Shown in pieces: positions 28,298 to 37,258 of a stretch of DNA of 64,000 nt. Position 1 is the first letter of the stretch, and each line of letters starts with the position of its first letter. The notes under the pieces are model-generated. The model did not search any database and was not told where the DNA came from. It saw only the letters and a program-made list of their open reading frames with translations. A program made the translations under genes and the position numbers. The stretch covers positions 1,632,001 through 1,696,000 of the forward strand of contig CBDCXL010000002.1 in the NCBI GenBank assembly GCA_965223795.1, given 5' to 3'. Source of the DNA: Nitrospinales bacterium (GTDB lineage Bacteria > Nitrospinota > Nitrospinia > Nitrospinales > VA-1).

Positions 28298-29536
28298 TTG
28301 ACCGACAGGACGCCCCCAGCCGGATACATGCCGCAACTGGATGCCTTGCGTGCCTTTGCGGTGTTTGCGGTTCTCATTCATCATTTCTGTCCTTCCGTAT
28401 TTTCAGAAAAATATCAACTCGGTCATTCCGGTGTGCAGCTGTTTTTTGTGCTCAGCGGATTTCTCATCACCAGTCTCCTGCTTAAGGACCGGGGAAATTC
28501 ACTTCCCTATTTGAAAGATCGAAGCGGCGCTTTACGGAGATTCTACCGCCGGCGCTTTTTGAGGATCTTTCCCGTTTACTATTGCGCTCTGTTCGTTGCC
28601 TACCTGGCGGGTAACAGCGAAGTCCGGCAGGATTTCTTCTGGCATGCGATGTATGGCTCCAACTTTCTGATCGCGCTGCGGGGCGACTGGGGTGTATCCA
28701 CGAGTCATTTCTGGACCCTGGCGGTGGAGCAGCAGTTTTATCTTTTCTGGCCGTTGTGCATCCTGTTCGTCCGGCGTGCCTATTTGCCTCTGTTGATTGC
28801 TCTGATGATCGTGAGCGGGCCGTTGTTTCGCCTGCTTGGAATGGAGTGGTGGGCGTTCGAGCCTATCACCCTGTTCACGCTGCCCGTTTCCTCGTGGGAC
28901 AGCCTGGGGATGGGGGCGCTTCTGGCCTGGACACAGAACCGGCCCGGCTTGCGGGACGCCGTGATGAAACTGGGATTTTTAATGTTTGCCGTGTCCGCGG
29001 TCTGGACGGCACTGGCATTGAAGGCATCTTATCTTAATGTGGACATCGTGTGGATGGAGACGGTGCGGGCCGCAGGGTTTTTATGGCTGGTGGGACGGGC
29101 GGCTCAGGGCATCGAGGGCGTGGCGGGACGTATGCTCGCGGTGAAACCTCTGGTCTATTTCGGAAAGATCAGTTACGGCGTTTACGTGTATCACCTGTTC
29201 ACACCGTTGATCCTGCAAACGGTTTTTGCCTCCCAGGGATGGCTGTATCCGGAAAACCCGGTCCTGAAATTCGTTTTGTGTTTTATCGTGACGCTGGTTC
29301 TTGCGGCGGCTTCCTGGCATGGCATGGAAAAACCAATCCTGTCGTTAAAATCAAAACCCTTCCATTTTCCCAGATTGCCGGCGCTGAGTCCCACACGCCC
29401 AAGTGCTCCGGTCCTGCAAACGGGTCCGGTGTTTTCACTGAGTTCGGTTTCTCACAAATTCAAACTGCACACAAGTGCAGCCTGTGACTTTTACCAATGG
29501 TATGAGAAATTGAACGAGCCGAAGTTGTCTTCCTGA
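28298..29536 (+). CDS. Acyltransferase-3 (OafA-like) membrane protein
   Basis: LDALRAFAV, GVQLFFVLSGFLIT, FYRRRFLRIFP, HFWTLAVEQQFY, GKISYGVYVYH. Confidence 0.92.
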   Translation: MTDRTPPAGYMPQLDALRAFAVFAVLIHHFCPSVFSEKYQLGHSGVQLFFVLSGFLITSLLLKDRGNSLPYLKDRSGALRRFYRRRFLRIFPVYYCALFVAYLAGNSEVRQDFFWHAMYGSNFLIALRGDWGVSTSHFWTLAVEQQFYLFWPLCILFVRRAYLPLLIALMIVSGPLFRLLGMEWWAFEPITLFTLPVSSWDSLGMGALLAWTQNRPGLRDAVMKLGFLMFAVSAVWTALALKASYLNVDIVWMETVRAAGFLWLVGRAAQGIEGVAGRMLAVKPLVYFGKISYGVYVYHLFTPLILQTVFASQGWLYPENPVLKFVLCFIVTLVLAAASWHGMEKPILSLKSKPFHFPRLPALSPTRPSAPVLQTGPVFSLSSVSHKFKLHTSAACDFYQWYEKLNEPKLSS

Positions 29537-30522
29537 GGCTGGCCGTCGAATTCTTTGGTGCGGAAAATATTGGTGAACCCGAAGCGGAAGTCGCGGTACA
29601 GGGTCACGACGATACCGACCTGAAGGTCGCCCACCAGGGTTTTCTTATCGACGCTGTGGCTGTCTGAAAACGTATTGCCATCGAGAAAAATATTGCGGCC
29701 GACGGCGCGGCCTTCTACGCCGGCAAACAGATACCAGGTGAACCGGCTTTGGGGTTTGAAGAAACCGGACCCGGAAAGGCCGGGACGGATTCTCGGCGGG
29801 CCGTAATCGTTGGGCAGGTCGTTGCCGACGCGGACCGTGACCCCTGTCGCGAAATAGGTGTAGACGTTGCCGAGCGCAAAGCCGGCATGCGGCGTGAGGT
29901 CGACGATGGTGGTCCATTTTTCTTCCTCGGGGCGGATGGGCCATTTGCGTTCGTAAAAAAGTACGATGCCCGGTTCGTTGTCCAACTGGTTGTCCCAGCC
30001 TCTGGGGAGATTGACGCCGATGAGCCGATGCCATTGGGTCTGCACCTGTTCCCCCAGCGAGGCAGGGCCCACCACTCCCAGGTTCAATTCCAGGTTTTCC
30101 ATGAAAGGGCGCCTCTCCCCTCCGCCTTCCGACACGAAACCGGTGCCCAGATAGAGCCATCCGGCATAGGGTCTGTCGTTCTGGATCAGGTTTTCTTCGA
30201 GAATGTCTTCCGGGGTGAAGATGTTCTGCCCGAGGATGAAACTGACGCGCCGGGTCTTGGGAATGAGAAATTCGGGAATCGCCGCGAGAACGGTGGATTT
30301 TATTTTCTTTTCAAAGTGGGTGGGTTTTTCCGCGGAAAGGTAAGAGATGCGCGAGCCGTGGGTGTAGTGACGGTCCGAGCCCCTGCCGAACAGGTCGTTC
30401 TCAAACTGAACGTTGATGTACTGTCCGAGATCGTATTGGCCGGGATCGGGTTCTTCGTCTGCGACGAGACGTGTTGGCAATAAAAGGCAGACGAACAACG
30501 CTAACACGAAGGGCCGCAGCAT
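29491..30522 (-). CDS. lpxR: Lipid A 3-O-deacylase LpxR-family outer-membrane protein
   Basis: FENDLF..DRHYTHG, GQNIFTP, DRPYAGWL, GWDNQL, NIFLDGN, aromatic C-terminus FSYHW. Confidence 0.88.
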   Translation of the reverse strand: MLRPFVLALFVCLLLPTRLVADEEPDPGQYDLGQYINVQFENDLFGRGSDRHYTHGSRISYLSAEKPTHFEKKIKSTVLAAIPEFLIPKTRRVSFILGQNIFTPEDILEENLIQNDRPYAGWLYLGTGFVSEGGGERRPFMENLELNLGVVGPASLGEQVQTQWHRLIGVNLPRGWDNQLDNEPGIVLFYERKWPIRPEEEKWTTIVDLTPHAGFALGNVYTYFATGVTVRVGNDLPNDYGPPRIRPGLSGSGFFKPQSRFTWYLFAGVEGRAVGRNIFLDGNTFSDSHSVDKKTLVGDLQVGIVVTLYRDFRFGFTNIFRTKEFDGQPQEDNFGSFNFSYHW

Positions 30523-30704
30523 GTATTGATTCTTCCTCCGAGAATACAGGATCCACTGTTTGCAAAAAGTCGACTATATCATACTGAGAACATCCGCTTC
30601 TAACGGGAAGGTGTGCGGGAGCGGTTTATATCCGGGCCGTATGGAGAGTTCGGTTGCGCCCGATGATCGTGAGAAAGTGAAAACCGCTGAAAGGAAAAAA
30701 GGAA

Positions 30705-30788
30705 TGCCGAAGGTCGGAGTCGAACCGACACGGGGTCGCCCCCACTGGATTTTGAGTCCAGCGCGTCTACCAGTTCCACCACTTCGGC
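30705..30788 (-). tRNA. tRNA-Leu(CAA)
   Basis: GCCGAAG acceptor stem, D-loop TGGTAGAC, anticodon arm CTGGA-CTCAAAA-TCCAG, long variable arm and GGTTCGACTCC T-arm; CCA not encoded. Confidence 0.96.
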
Positions 30789-30884
30789 ATTTTTTGCGGG
30801 TTACGTTATCACAAGGGATGGCGCTTTTCAACCGGGAGAACATGCACACTTTCCTTGCCTGCCAGCATGGCGCGGCGTGTTCAA

Positions 30885-32678
30885 TCAAGCCGGGCCTTTT
30901 GGAGGCGGAGTCTGCCGGATGAGTTTCTGGATCTGCTTTGCCTCAGCCTGGTCCGGGTTCAGCGTGAGGGTGCGGGAAAAATACAGGCGGCCCAGTTCCG
31001 GATTGCCGAGGTGGTAATAGTGGAGCACGCCCAGGTTGCGGAAGGCCTCGGCGTAATGTGGATTGAGCTCGACGGCGGTGCGGTAGTGCCGGGCGGCCTG
31101 CTCATAGTGTCCGAGGTTTTGCTGCAACTCTCCCAGTTTGCCGTGCACCTCCGGTACGGTGGGTTTGAGGATTCGGGCGCGCTCCAATAGCCGCAAGGCT
31201 TCGGCTGAATTGCCGCGGGCGAGCTGCAACTCTCCCAGATTGTAGTTTGTGATGAAGATGCCGGGCGCTTTATCAAGCGATGCCTGATACAGCTCAACGG
31301 CCGTATCGGTGTCGCCCGCAAGTTGATGCGCGCGCGCCAGGTTGATGAGAGGACGGACAAGATGGGGGGATTTTTTTCGTGTGTCTTCCCACAACGCTCG
31401 TTCGCTGCGCCAGTCAAGGCTGCGGTCGATCGTCAGTATGCTCAGAAAAACCAGAACGCCCATCGCCAATGCCGGACGTGTGTGGAATGGTTTCCGGCGC
31501 ACGGGAAGGCGTTGCAGTGCGGTTACGGCAAGCAGGGTGATTGTGAGGACAATGCCGTAAGCGGCGAGGTACACCCGGTGTTCCGCGGCAAGGTCGTGCA
31601 GCGTGACGATGGAGGAAGAGGGCGAGAGAACGATCGCGAACCAGCCGAGTCCGAACAGGTACACGCGGGATGCGGCTTTGCGGATCGCCAGAAACAAGGC
31701 CAGTGCCATCACACTGCAAGCAAGCAGGAACGGCGGGGAAAGCAAATGCGTGATCACTGGAATGTCGGGATCGATGTTCAGATTGACGGGAAAGAGCAGC
31801 AGCCTGAGATAGTAAAACACGATCACGTAGGGCTGCGATTGCATGTAGTTTTTTCTTCCCACCATCTGGTCCGGATCGACCGGTCCGATCAGAAACGTCT
31901 CATCGGTGAGCAGTTTGTGAAAGAGAACGGCAACCGCCGTTATGCCGATGACGGAGAGGACCCATTTCCATCGGCGCAAATATGCAAGCAACGTGGAGTC
32001 CGCTGGCGGGAGGCATAGAGCGTACAAAAAAAGAACGGCGGGCAGGGTGATGCAGGTTTGCTTGGCGCTGAAGCCAAGCACGAACAGAACGGCGATGGTG
32101 CTCCACGTTCCCCAAAAATTAAAAAATGAATGTTTTTGTGAACGGGATTCCAGCCAGTACTGGAAGCGGTAAAAAGCCAGCAGATAACACGTTGCGGCGA
32201 GAACTTCCGAGCGGCTCATGATGTAAAGCACCGATTCGGTCTGCATCGGATGACATAGAAACAAGAGCCCCGCGAATAGGGAAATGCCGACTTTTCGCTC
32301 CGGCCCCGCTCTTTTAAGAACCGCGAAATGCCGCAGGACTTTCTCCGTTATAAAAAAAGTCAGGATGGCGTTGAGGATGTGCAGCGCCAGGTTCAGCAGG
32401 TGGTAGCCGAAAGGATTTTTATTTCCCAGCAGGGCATTCAAGGCGAGCGACATCTGCAGCAGACTGCGGGAAAAATACTGCTGCGTGAAAAAATGAAATG
32501 TGAGCATGCCGCGGGGATCGCTCAGGTTTTGCTTCTCGATGTAAGCGACGGTGTCGAATTGAAACGGATTGTGCAGGTGGTTTCCATAAATGCAGACACC
32601 CAGCGCCGCGATCAGGATGATGCCGCCTACACGCAGCTTGGGGATGCCTGTGAGCGGAAACACAGCGGGAGTTCTCAT
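30885..32678 (-). CDS. TMTC-like GT-C membrane protein with TPRs (copy 3)
   Basis: NPFQFDT, GYHLLNLALH, LCHPMQTESV.YIMSRS, AEHRVYL, WRSERALW, C-terminal TPRs. Confidence 0.85.
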   Translation of the reverse strand: MRTPAVFPLTGIPKLRVGGIILIAALGVCIYGNHLHNPFQFDTVAYIEKQNLSDPRGMLTFHFFTQQYFSRSLLQMSLALNALLGNKNPFGYHLLNLALHILNAILTFFITEKVLRHFAVLKRAGPERKVGISLFAGLLFLCHPMQTESVLYIMSRSEVLAATCYLLAFYRFQYWLESRSQKHSFFNFWGTWSTIAVLFVLGFSAKQTCITLPAVLFLYALCLPPADSTLLAYLRRWKWVLSVIGITAVAVLFHKLLTDETFLIGPVDPDQMVGRKNYMQSQPYVIVFYYLRLLLFPVNLNIDPDIPVITHLLSPPFLLACSVMALALFLAIRKAASRVYLFGLGWFAIVLSPSSSIVTLHDLAAEHRVYLAAYGIVLTITLLAVTALQRLPVRRKPFHTRPALAMGVLVFLSILTIDRSLDWRSERALWEDTRKKSPHLVRPLINLARAHQLAGDTDTAVELYQASLDKAPGIFITNYNLGELQLARGNSAEALRLLERARILKPTVPEVHGKLGELQQNLGHYEQAARHYRTAVELNPHYAEAFRNLGVLHYYHLGNPELGRLYFSRTLTLNPDQAEAKQIQKLIRQTPPPKGPA

Positions 32679-34615
32679 GGCCGGCGGCTATCTGTGAAAG
32701 TCTGCGCGATGGTCAGCAGTTGCCGGGCCTTGCTGTTCCCGGGCTGTAAAAGGAGAAGTTCTTCAAGGTGGACCGCGGCTTCCTGAAACCGGTTTTGCGC
32801 CAGATACAGGCTGGCCAGGTTGTTGTGGATCTTGGGCGAGTCGCTTTCCAGCGCCAGCGCCTGCTTGAAAGCCGGTTCGGCGAGAGAAAAGTTTTTCAGC
32901 TTGTAAAAAATGATGCCGGTGTTGTTGTGCGCCTGTGGATGTTGAGGTTCGATCTTGAGCACCTGCCGGTATTCTTTCAGGGCGTCATCGTAGCGGCCGA
33001 GCTTGCGGTAAGCGTTGCCAAGATGAAAATGGTAGTGCGGCCGGTGCGGTTTCAGCGCCACGGCTTTTTCCAGAAAGGCAACGGCTTCGGCTTCCCGCCC
33101 AAGCTCAAGCCGCACCCGGCCCGCATTGAAAAAGGCATTGGCTTTTGCCGATCCTAAAAGCAGGGCCCGGTCGAAGTGGTTTTTCGCTTCCTGCCATCGT
33201 TCTTTTTGGGTGAGAAGGTGGCCGAGATTGATGTGCGCGTCGGAATGGGAGGGATTGATCTCAAGCGCTCTCAGAAAAGCCGCCCGCGCCGCGGCGTCGT
33301 TGCCTTCGGTCAAATAGGCGGTGCCCAGGTTGTTGTGGACCAGGGCTTTGCCGGGTGATTTGGCGGCGGTGTCCTGCCAGAGTGCGGTTTCAGTGCGGAA
33401 ATCCAGACTCCGGTTCAGGTTGAGCGCAGCCATGCATGCGAAAAAGGCGAATCCGCACAGGCGCAGCGATCGTTTCGAAGAAACTGTCTGTAAAACCACC
33501 AGGGCGAGCATAAGGTGGATGCCCAGACCGGGCAGGTAGGTGCGGTGTTCGGTGGCGATCTGTTTTAAGGGGATGAGGCTGGATGTCGGGAGGACGGTCA
33601 CCAGCCCCCAGAGCAGCGCGAAGCGGACCAGGTTGGATCGCTGCTTCACCGCCCAGACCGTCAAGCCGGTCAAAACGCACAATCCGGCGATCCACAGGGG
33701 ATCGAGAAAGGTTTCAATGAGGCGGACGTCCGGTTCGAAATTCAGGTTGAACGGGAGGAACAGCTTGACGAGGTAGTAAAAAATCAGGACGCGGATCTGG
33801 GTCAACGCATAACCGGCGCGGTCGATGGCGGCGGAATCCGGATCGGCCCGCAGCGTCAGAAGATCGCCCAGGTGCCAGTACCGGTAAGTCAGGTAAATCA
33901 GCAGCGGCGACGCGATTGCGATTCCGGCGAACAGCAGCTGTTTCCGGTTACCCGGTGGGGTGCGCAGCCAGAGAAAAGCGAAGGCGAGCACCGGCAGTGT
34001 GACGATGATTTCCTTGGTTCCCGTTCCCAGCACAAAGCAGATCAGCGCTCCCGTCAGCGCCGCAAAGGATCGTGGTCTGTTTCCGCCATCTGTGGGAAAG
34101 GCGAGCAGAAAACAGTACAGCCCGAGGACGAAAAAAAACGTGGCCAGTAGCGAGGAGCGGCTGGAAATATAAGTCACCGATTCGACCGTCATCGGATGCA
34201 GCAGATGGATTCCCGCCGCAAACAGGGGGAGGGGGGCGAGACGCGGGTTCGGCTGCGCGGAGCCCAGGGCAATGAGTTTTGTGGTCACAAAATAAAACAC
34301 CAGGCCGACTCCGATGTGGAGCCAGATATTGATCAGGTGGTAGCCGAAAACGTGCAGTCCGCCCAGATGCCGGTTCAGCGCAAAGGTCAAAAGCAGCACC
34401 GAACGGTTGAAGATGTTTTCGATGCCGACGGTGTTCTGAAAGTCGCCCAAATCGCGGATGTACGGGTTGTCGACGATGGCGTGCTCGTCGTCGTATAAAA
34501 ACGGCGAATGCAGCGTGCCGAATCCGGTCAGGATGCCCAATGCGCTCAAGCACAGGATCGCCCGCAGGTTGTCCCGGACAGGTTGTGTGAGTGGCGTTTT
34601 ATGGAGCGGATTCAT
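32675..34615 (-). CDS. TMTC-like GT-C membrane protein with TPRs (copy 2)
   Basis: SPFLYDD..IVDNP, GYHLINIWLH, HPMTVESVTYISSRS, TKE, TEHRTYLP, TPRs. Confidence 0.88.
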   Translation of the reverse strand: MNPLHKTPLTQPVRDNLRAILCLSALGILTGFGTLHSPFLYDDEHAIVDNPYIRDLGDFQNTVGIENIFNRSVLLLTFALNRHLGGLHVFGYHLINIWLHIGVGLVFYFVTTKLIALGSAQPNPRLAPLPLFAAGIHLLHPMTVESVTYISSRSSLLATFFFVLGLYCFLLAFPTDGGNRPRSFAALTGALICFVLGTGTKEIIVTLPVLAFAFLWLRTPPGNRKQLLFAGIAIASPLLIYLTYRYWHLGDLLTLRADPDSAAIDRAGYALTQIRVLIFYYLVKLFLPFNLNFEPDVRLIETFLDPLWIAGLCVLTGLTVWAVKQRSNLVRFALLWGLVTVLPTSSLIPLKQIATEHRTYLPGLGIHLMLALVVLQTVSSKRSLRLCGFAFFACMAALNLNRSLDFRTETALWQDTAAKSPGKALVHNNLGTAYLTEGNDAAARAAFLRALEINPSHSDAHINLGHLLTQKERWQEAKNHFDRALLLGSAKANAFFNAGRVRLELGREAEAVAFLEKAVALKPHRPHYHFHLGNAYRKLGRYDDALKEYRQVLKIEPQHPQAHNNTGIIFYKLKNFSLAEPAFKQALALESDSPKIHNNLASLYLAQNRFQEAAVHLEELLLLQPGNSKARQLLTIAQTFTDSRRP

Positions 34616-34635
34616 ATGCGATCGCTACCGGTGAG

Positions 34636-36912
34636 TCAGGAAAGATTCTGCAACAGCTTCATGATTTCTTCTTTCTGCGCGGGCGTCGGGTTGAGCGCGA
34701 GCGCCCGGTTGAAATGGCGGCGGGCGCGGTCGAGTTGACCGGTGGCGTGGCTGATTTTTCCGAGGTTGACGTGGGCGCTCAAAAAATTCGCCTGCAGAGA
34801 CAGGCTTTTCTCATAGTGGGTTTCAGCCTGCTGCAAGCGGCCCTGTTGCTGATGGTTCCAGCCGATTTGATAGTGCGCCCGCGCGTCGGGACCTTTGAGC
34901 TTTAAATATCGTTCGAACTGGGCGCTGGAACGGTCCCACTGTTTTTTTTCCTGCAGAACCCGGCCCAGGTTGAACAGCGCAGGCTGAAACGCCGCATCGA
35001 GGGAAAGGGCGGACGACAGCCAGCGCTCGGCCTGTTGCCATTGGCGCATGGCGGAGTGGGCCACGCCGAGGTTGTAATGCGCGAGCATCAGCGAAGGATC
35101 GTTCTGCACAGCGCGATGAAACTGGCGGATCGCCTCTTCAAATCGTCCGGACTTGCCATACAGCTCCCCCAGGTTGAGCCTTGCCAGCGCATCGTCTTCG
35201 GCCCCCGATGCGGTTTTGATCGCCAGCGCCTTGCGGTAATGCGACTCGGCTTTCTCCAGTTGACCCAGCCGGGCGTGGACCGAACCGAGGCCCAGATGCG
35301 CGCCGTAATGCCCAGGCTGCAAATGGAGAGCCCTCTGGTATTCGGCGGCGGCGTTTGCAAGCTGTCCGAGATCGAGGTGAACACTGGCCAGGTTGTAGTG
35401 CGGTTCGGCAAAATCCGCTTTGAGAATTTTCTCCTCAACATTTATCTGCCCATCCTCTGAGCGAGCAAGCCAACGCGACGGGTCCGCAAGATTGTAGTGC
35501 AGGGCGGTGAAATTGGGAATGCTCGCCACGCTTTTTTGAAAATGCCTGAGTGCCTGCTCAAGATCGCCGGCCTCGTAGTGCGCCTTGCCGAGGTTGTTGT
35601 GGGTGCGCGGAGAATGCGGGTTTTTCATCGCTGCGTCCTGCCACAGGCTGAACTCGTCGATCCAGACCCGGTTGCGGTCCAGCGTCCCGGCGCTCAACAG
35701 GAGCACGCAGCCCAAGGCCCACGCAAGCGGGCGGGAACGCAGGATGTGCCTGAGAGCACAAGCGGCGATGAGACAGAGCCCCAAGGTCATGGGCAGGTAC
35801 AGGCGGTGTTCGACGGCGAGGTCGTTCAAGGGGACGAGGCTGGAAGTGGGGGCGAGGGCGATCAAAAACCAGAGCGTGCCCACACGCACCCACAGGCTGC
35901 CGAAGCGCAGCGCCGAATAAACCAGCGCGGCCAGGATCGCCACCGCAAAAGCGATTGCGGGGTCCGACGCGGGGCGGGTGAACGGAAATCCAATGTCCAC
36001 ATTGAGATTGAAGGGGGCGACGAACAACTTGAGGTAATGAAAGGCGATCACCTTCATCTGCACCCAGAAGTAGGGCCAGCGTCCGAACAGCTCCACGCCC
36101 TGATCTTTGGGTGTGTAAAGAACGTCGGGGCCGATCCAGACCAGAACGCTGGCCGAAAAAACGATGGCCAGTGCAAAAAACGTGAGCGAGCGTTTGCGGG
36201 TCAGGCGCTGCCACAGGTCCGGGTATTCACGCGGGCAGATGAAGGCGAAAAACCACAGCGCCAGAGCTGCGGGCAGGGTGACGGCGATCAGTTTGGACGC
36301 CAGGGACAGATAGGCGAAAAGAGGAACCGTCAGCGCCAGAATCAAGATCCGGCGCGGTTTTATTTCGCGAGAGCGCACGGAAAACAGAGACACAAACGCA
36401 TACAGGGCGAGCAAATAAAAAAACGCCGTTAACAAAGTGGAACGTGAGGAAATGTAGGACACCGAATCGGTGTTGAGGGGGTGGACGGCAAACAGCAGGG
36501 CTGAGAGGAACGGCAAGGGCGACGCGTCTGAATCGCCGGGTTCGTGCCGCCGCTCCGGCACCCAGTTCCGGGTTTTGAGCACGATGCAGTAAATCAGCAG
36601 CGTCACCCAAAGGTGCAGCAGCAGGTTGATGGCATGAAAGCCGAATGCCTGATTCGCCTGCAGCGTGTTGTTGAGGGCGTACGTGAGCAGCAGGACCGGG
36701 CGGTTCTGGAAATCCAGCAGGCTGACGTGCTCTTTGAATGCATCGAGGTCTTCAATCCAGGGCTTTTCCAGAAGATTGCGGTCGTCGAACTGGAAGCTGC
36801 CGGCCAGGGAATTGAAATACACCAGAATCCCGGCGCACACGAGCAGAAGAACGGCCTGAATGCGGGATGGAACAGGCCGGGAAAACGGCAAGGAGGGGCT
36901 CATGGCAGGCAC
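34636..36912 (-). CDS. TMTC-like GT-C membrane protein with TPRs (copy 1)
   Basis: GSFQFDD, GFHAINLLLH, FAVHPLNTDSVSYISSRS, VEHRLYLP, many TPRs. The start may be ATG 36903. Confidence 0.88.
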   Translation of the reverse strand: MPAMSPSLPFSRPVPSRIQAVLLLVCAGILVYFNSLAGSFQFDDRNLLEKPWIEDLDAFKEHVSLLDFQNRPVLLLTYALNNTLQANQAFGFHAINLLLHLWVTLLIYCIVLKTRNWVPERRHEPGDSDASPLPFLSALLFAVHPLNTDSVSYISSRSTLLTAFFYLLALYAFVSLFSVRSREIKPRRILILALTVPLFAYLSLASKLIAVTLPAALALWFFAFICPREYPDLWQRLTRKRSLTFFALAIVFSASVLVWIGPDVLYTPKDQGVELFGRWPYFWVQMKVIAFHYLKLFVAPFNLNVDIGFPFTRPASDPAIAFAVAILAALVYSALRFGSLWVRVGTLWFLIALAPTSSLVPLNDLAVEHRLYLPMTLGLCLIAACALRHILRSRPLAWALGCVLLLSAGTLDRNRVWIDEFSLWQDAAMKNPHSPRTHNNLGKAHYEAGDLEQALRHFQKSVASIPNFTALHYNLADPSRWLARSEDGQINVEEKILKADFAEPHYNLASVHLDLGQLANAAAEYQRALHLQPGHYGAHLGLGSVHARLGQLEKAESHYRKALAIKTASGAEDDALARLNLGELYGKSGRFEEAIRQFHRAVQNDPSLMLAHYNLGVAHSAMRQWQQAERWLSSALSLDAAFQPALFNLGRVLQEKKQWDRSSAQFERYLKLKGPDARAHYQIGWNHQQQGRLQQAETHYEKSLSLQANFLSAHVNLGKISHATGQLDRARRHFNRALALNPTPAQKEEIMKLLQNLS

Positions 36913-37258
36913 CTGGAATGCCGCCGGGTTGCAAATTCAACCGCCTGAAAAGCATATCGGAACCCGACCTCAGGGAAAGCGGAGTGTTTCAGGGGGGGGC
37001 GGGTTCGGCGGCCGGTCATTTTCACAAAATTATGTAAATTTTTGTAAAATATGCGTTTTCTGGATTTTGGATGTGTGGTCAAAAGAGTGGAAATCCGACC
37101 TTCGATGGGTGGTAAAAATAGATAATTAGCAATATTTATACAAAATCGTTATTTTTTAGTCGTAAAAAAAGTCTGAATTTTTAGGACTTTTCAAAAAGTT
37201 GAAAAAGGTGTATACTTTTATGCATACTTTGAGTTTTGTGTTTAAAAATATATGAGGG

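Noticed and set aside
21200..30788. Genomic island integrated at tRNA-Leu carrying the glycan operon
   Set aside because: No integrase, and I found no duplicated tRNA 3' end (att site).
36930..36985. sigma54 or sigma28 promoter for the TMTC-like cluster
   Set aside because: The sigma54-like spacing is off by one and the CCGATAT element has no matching -35.
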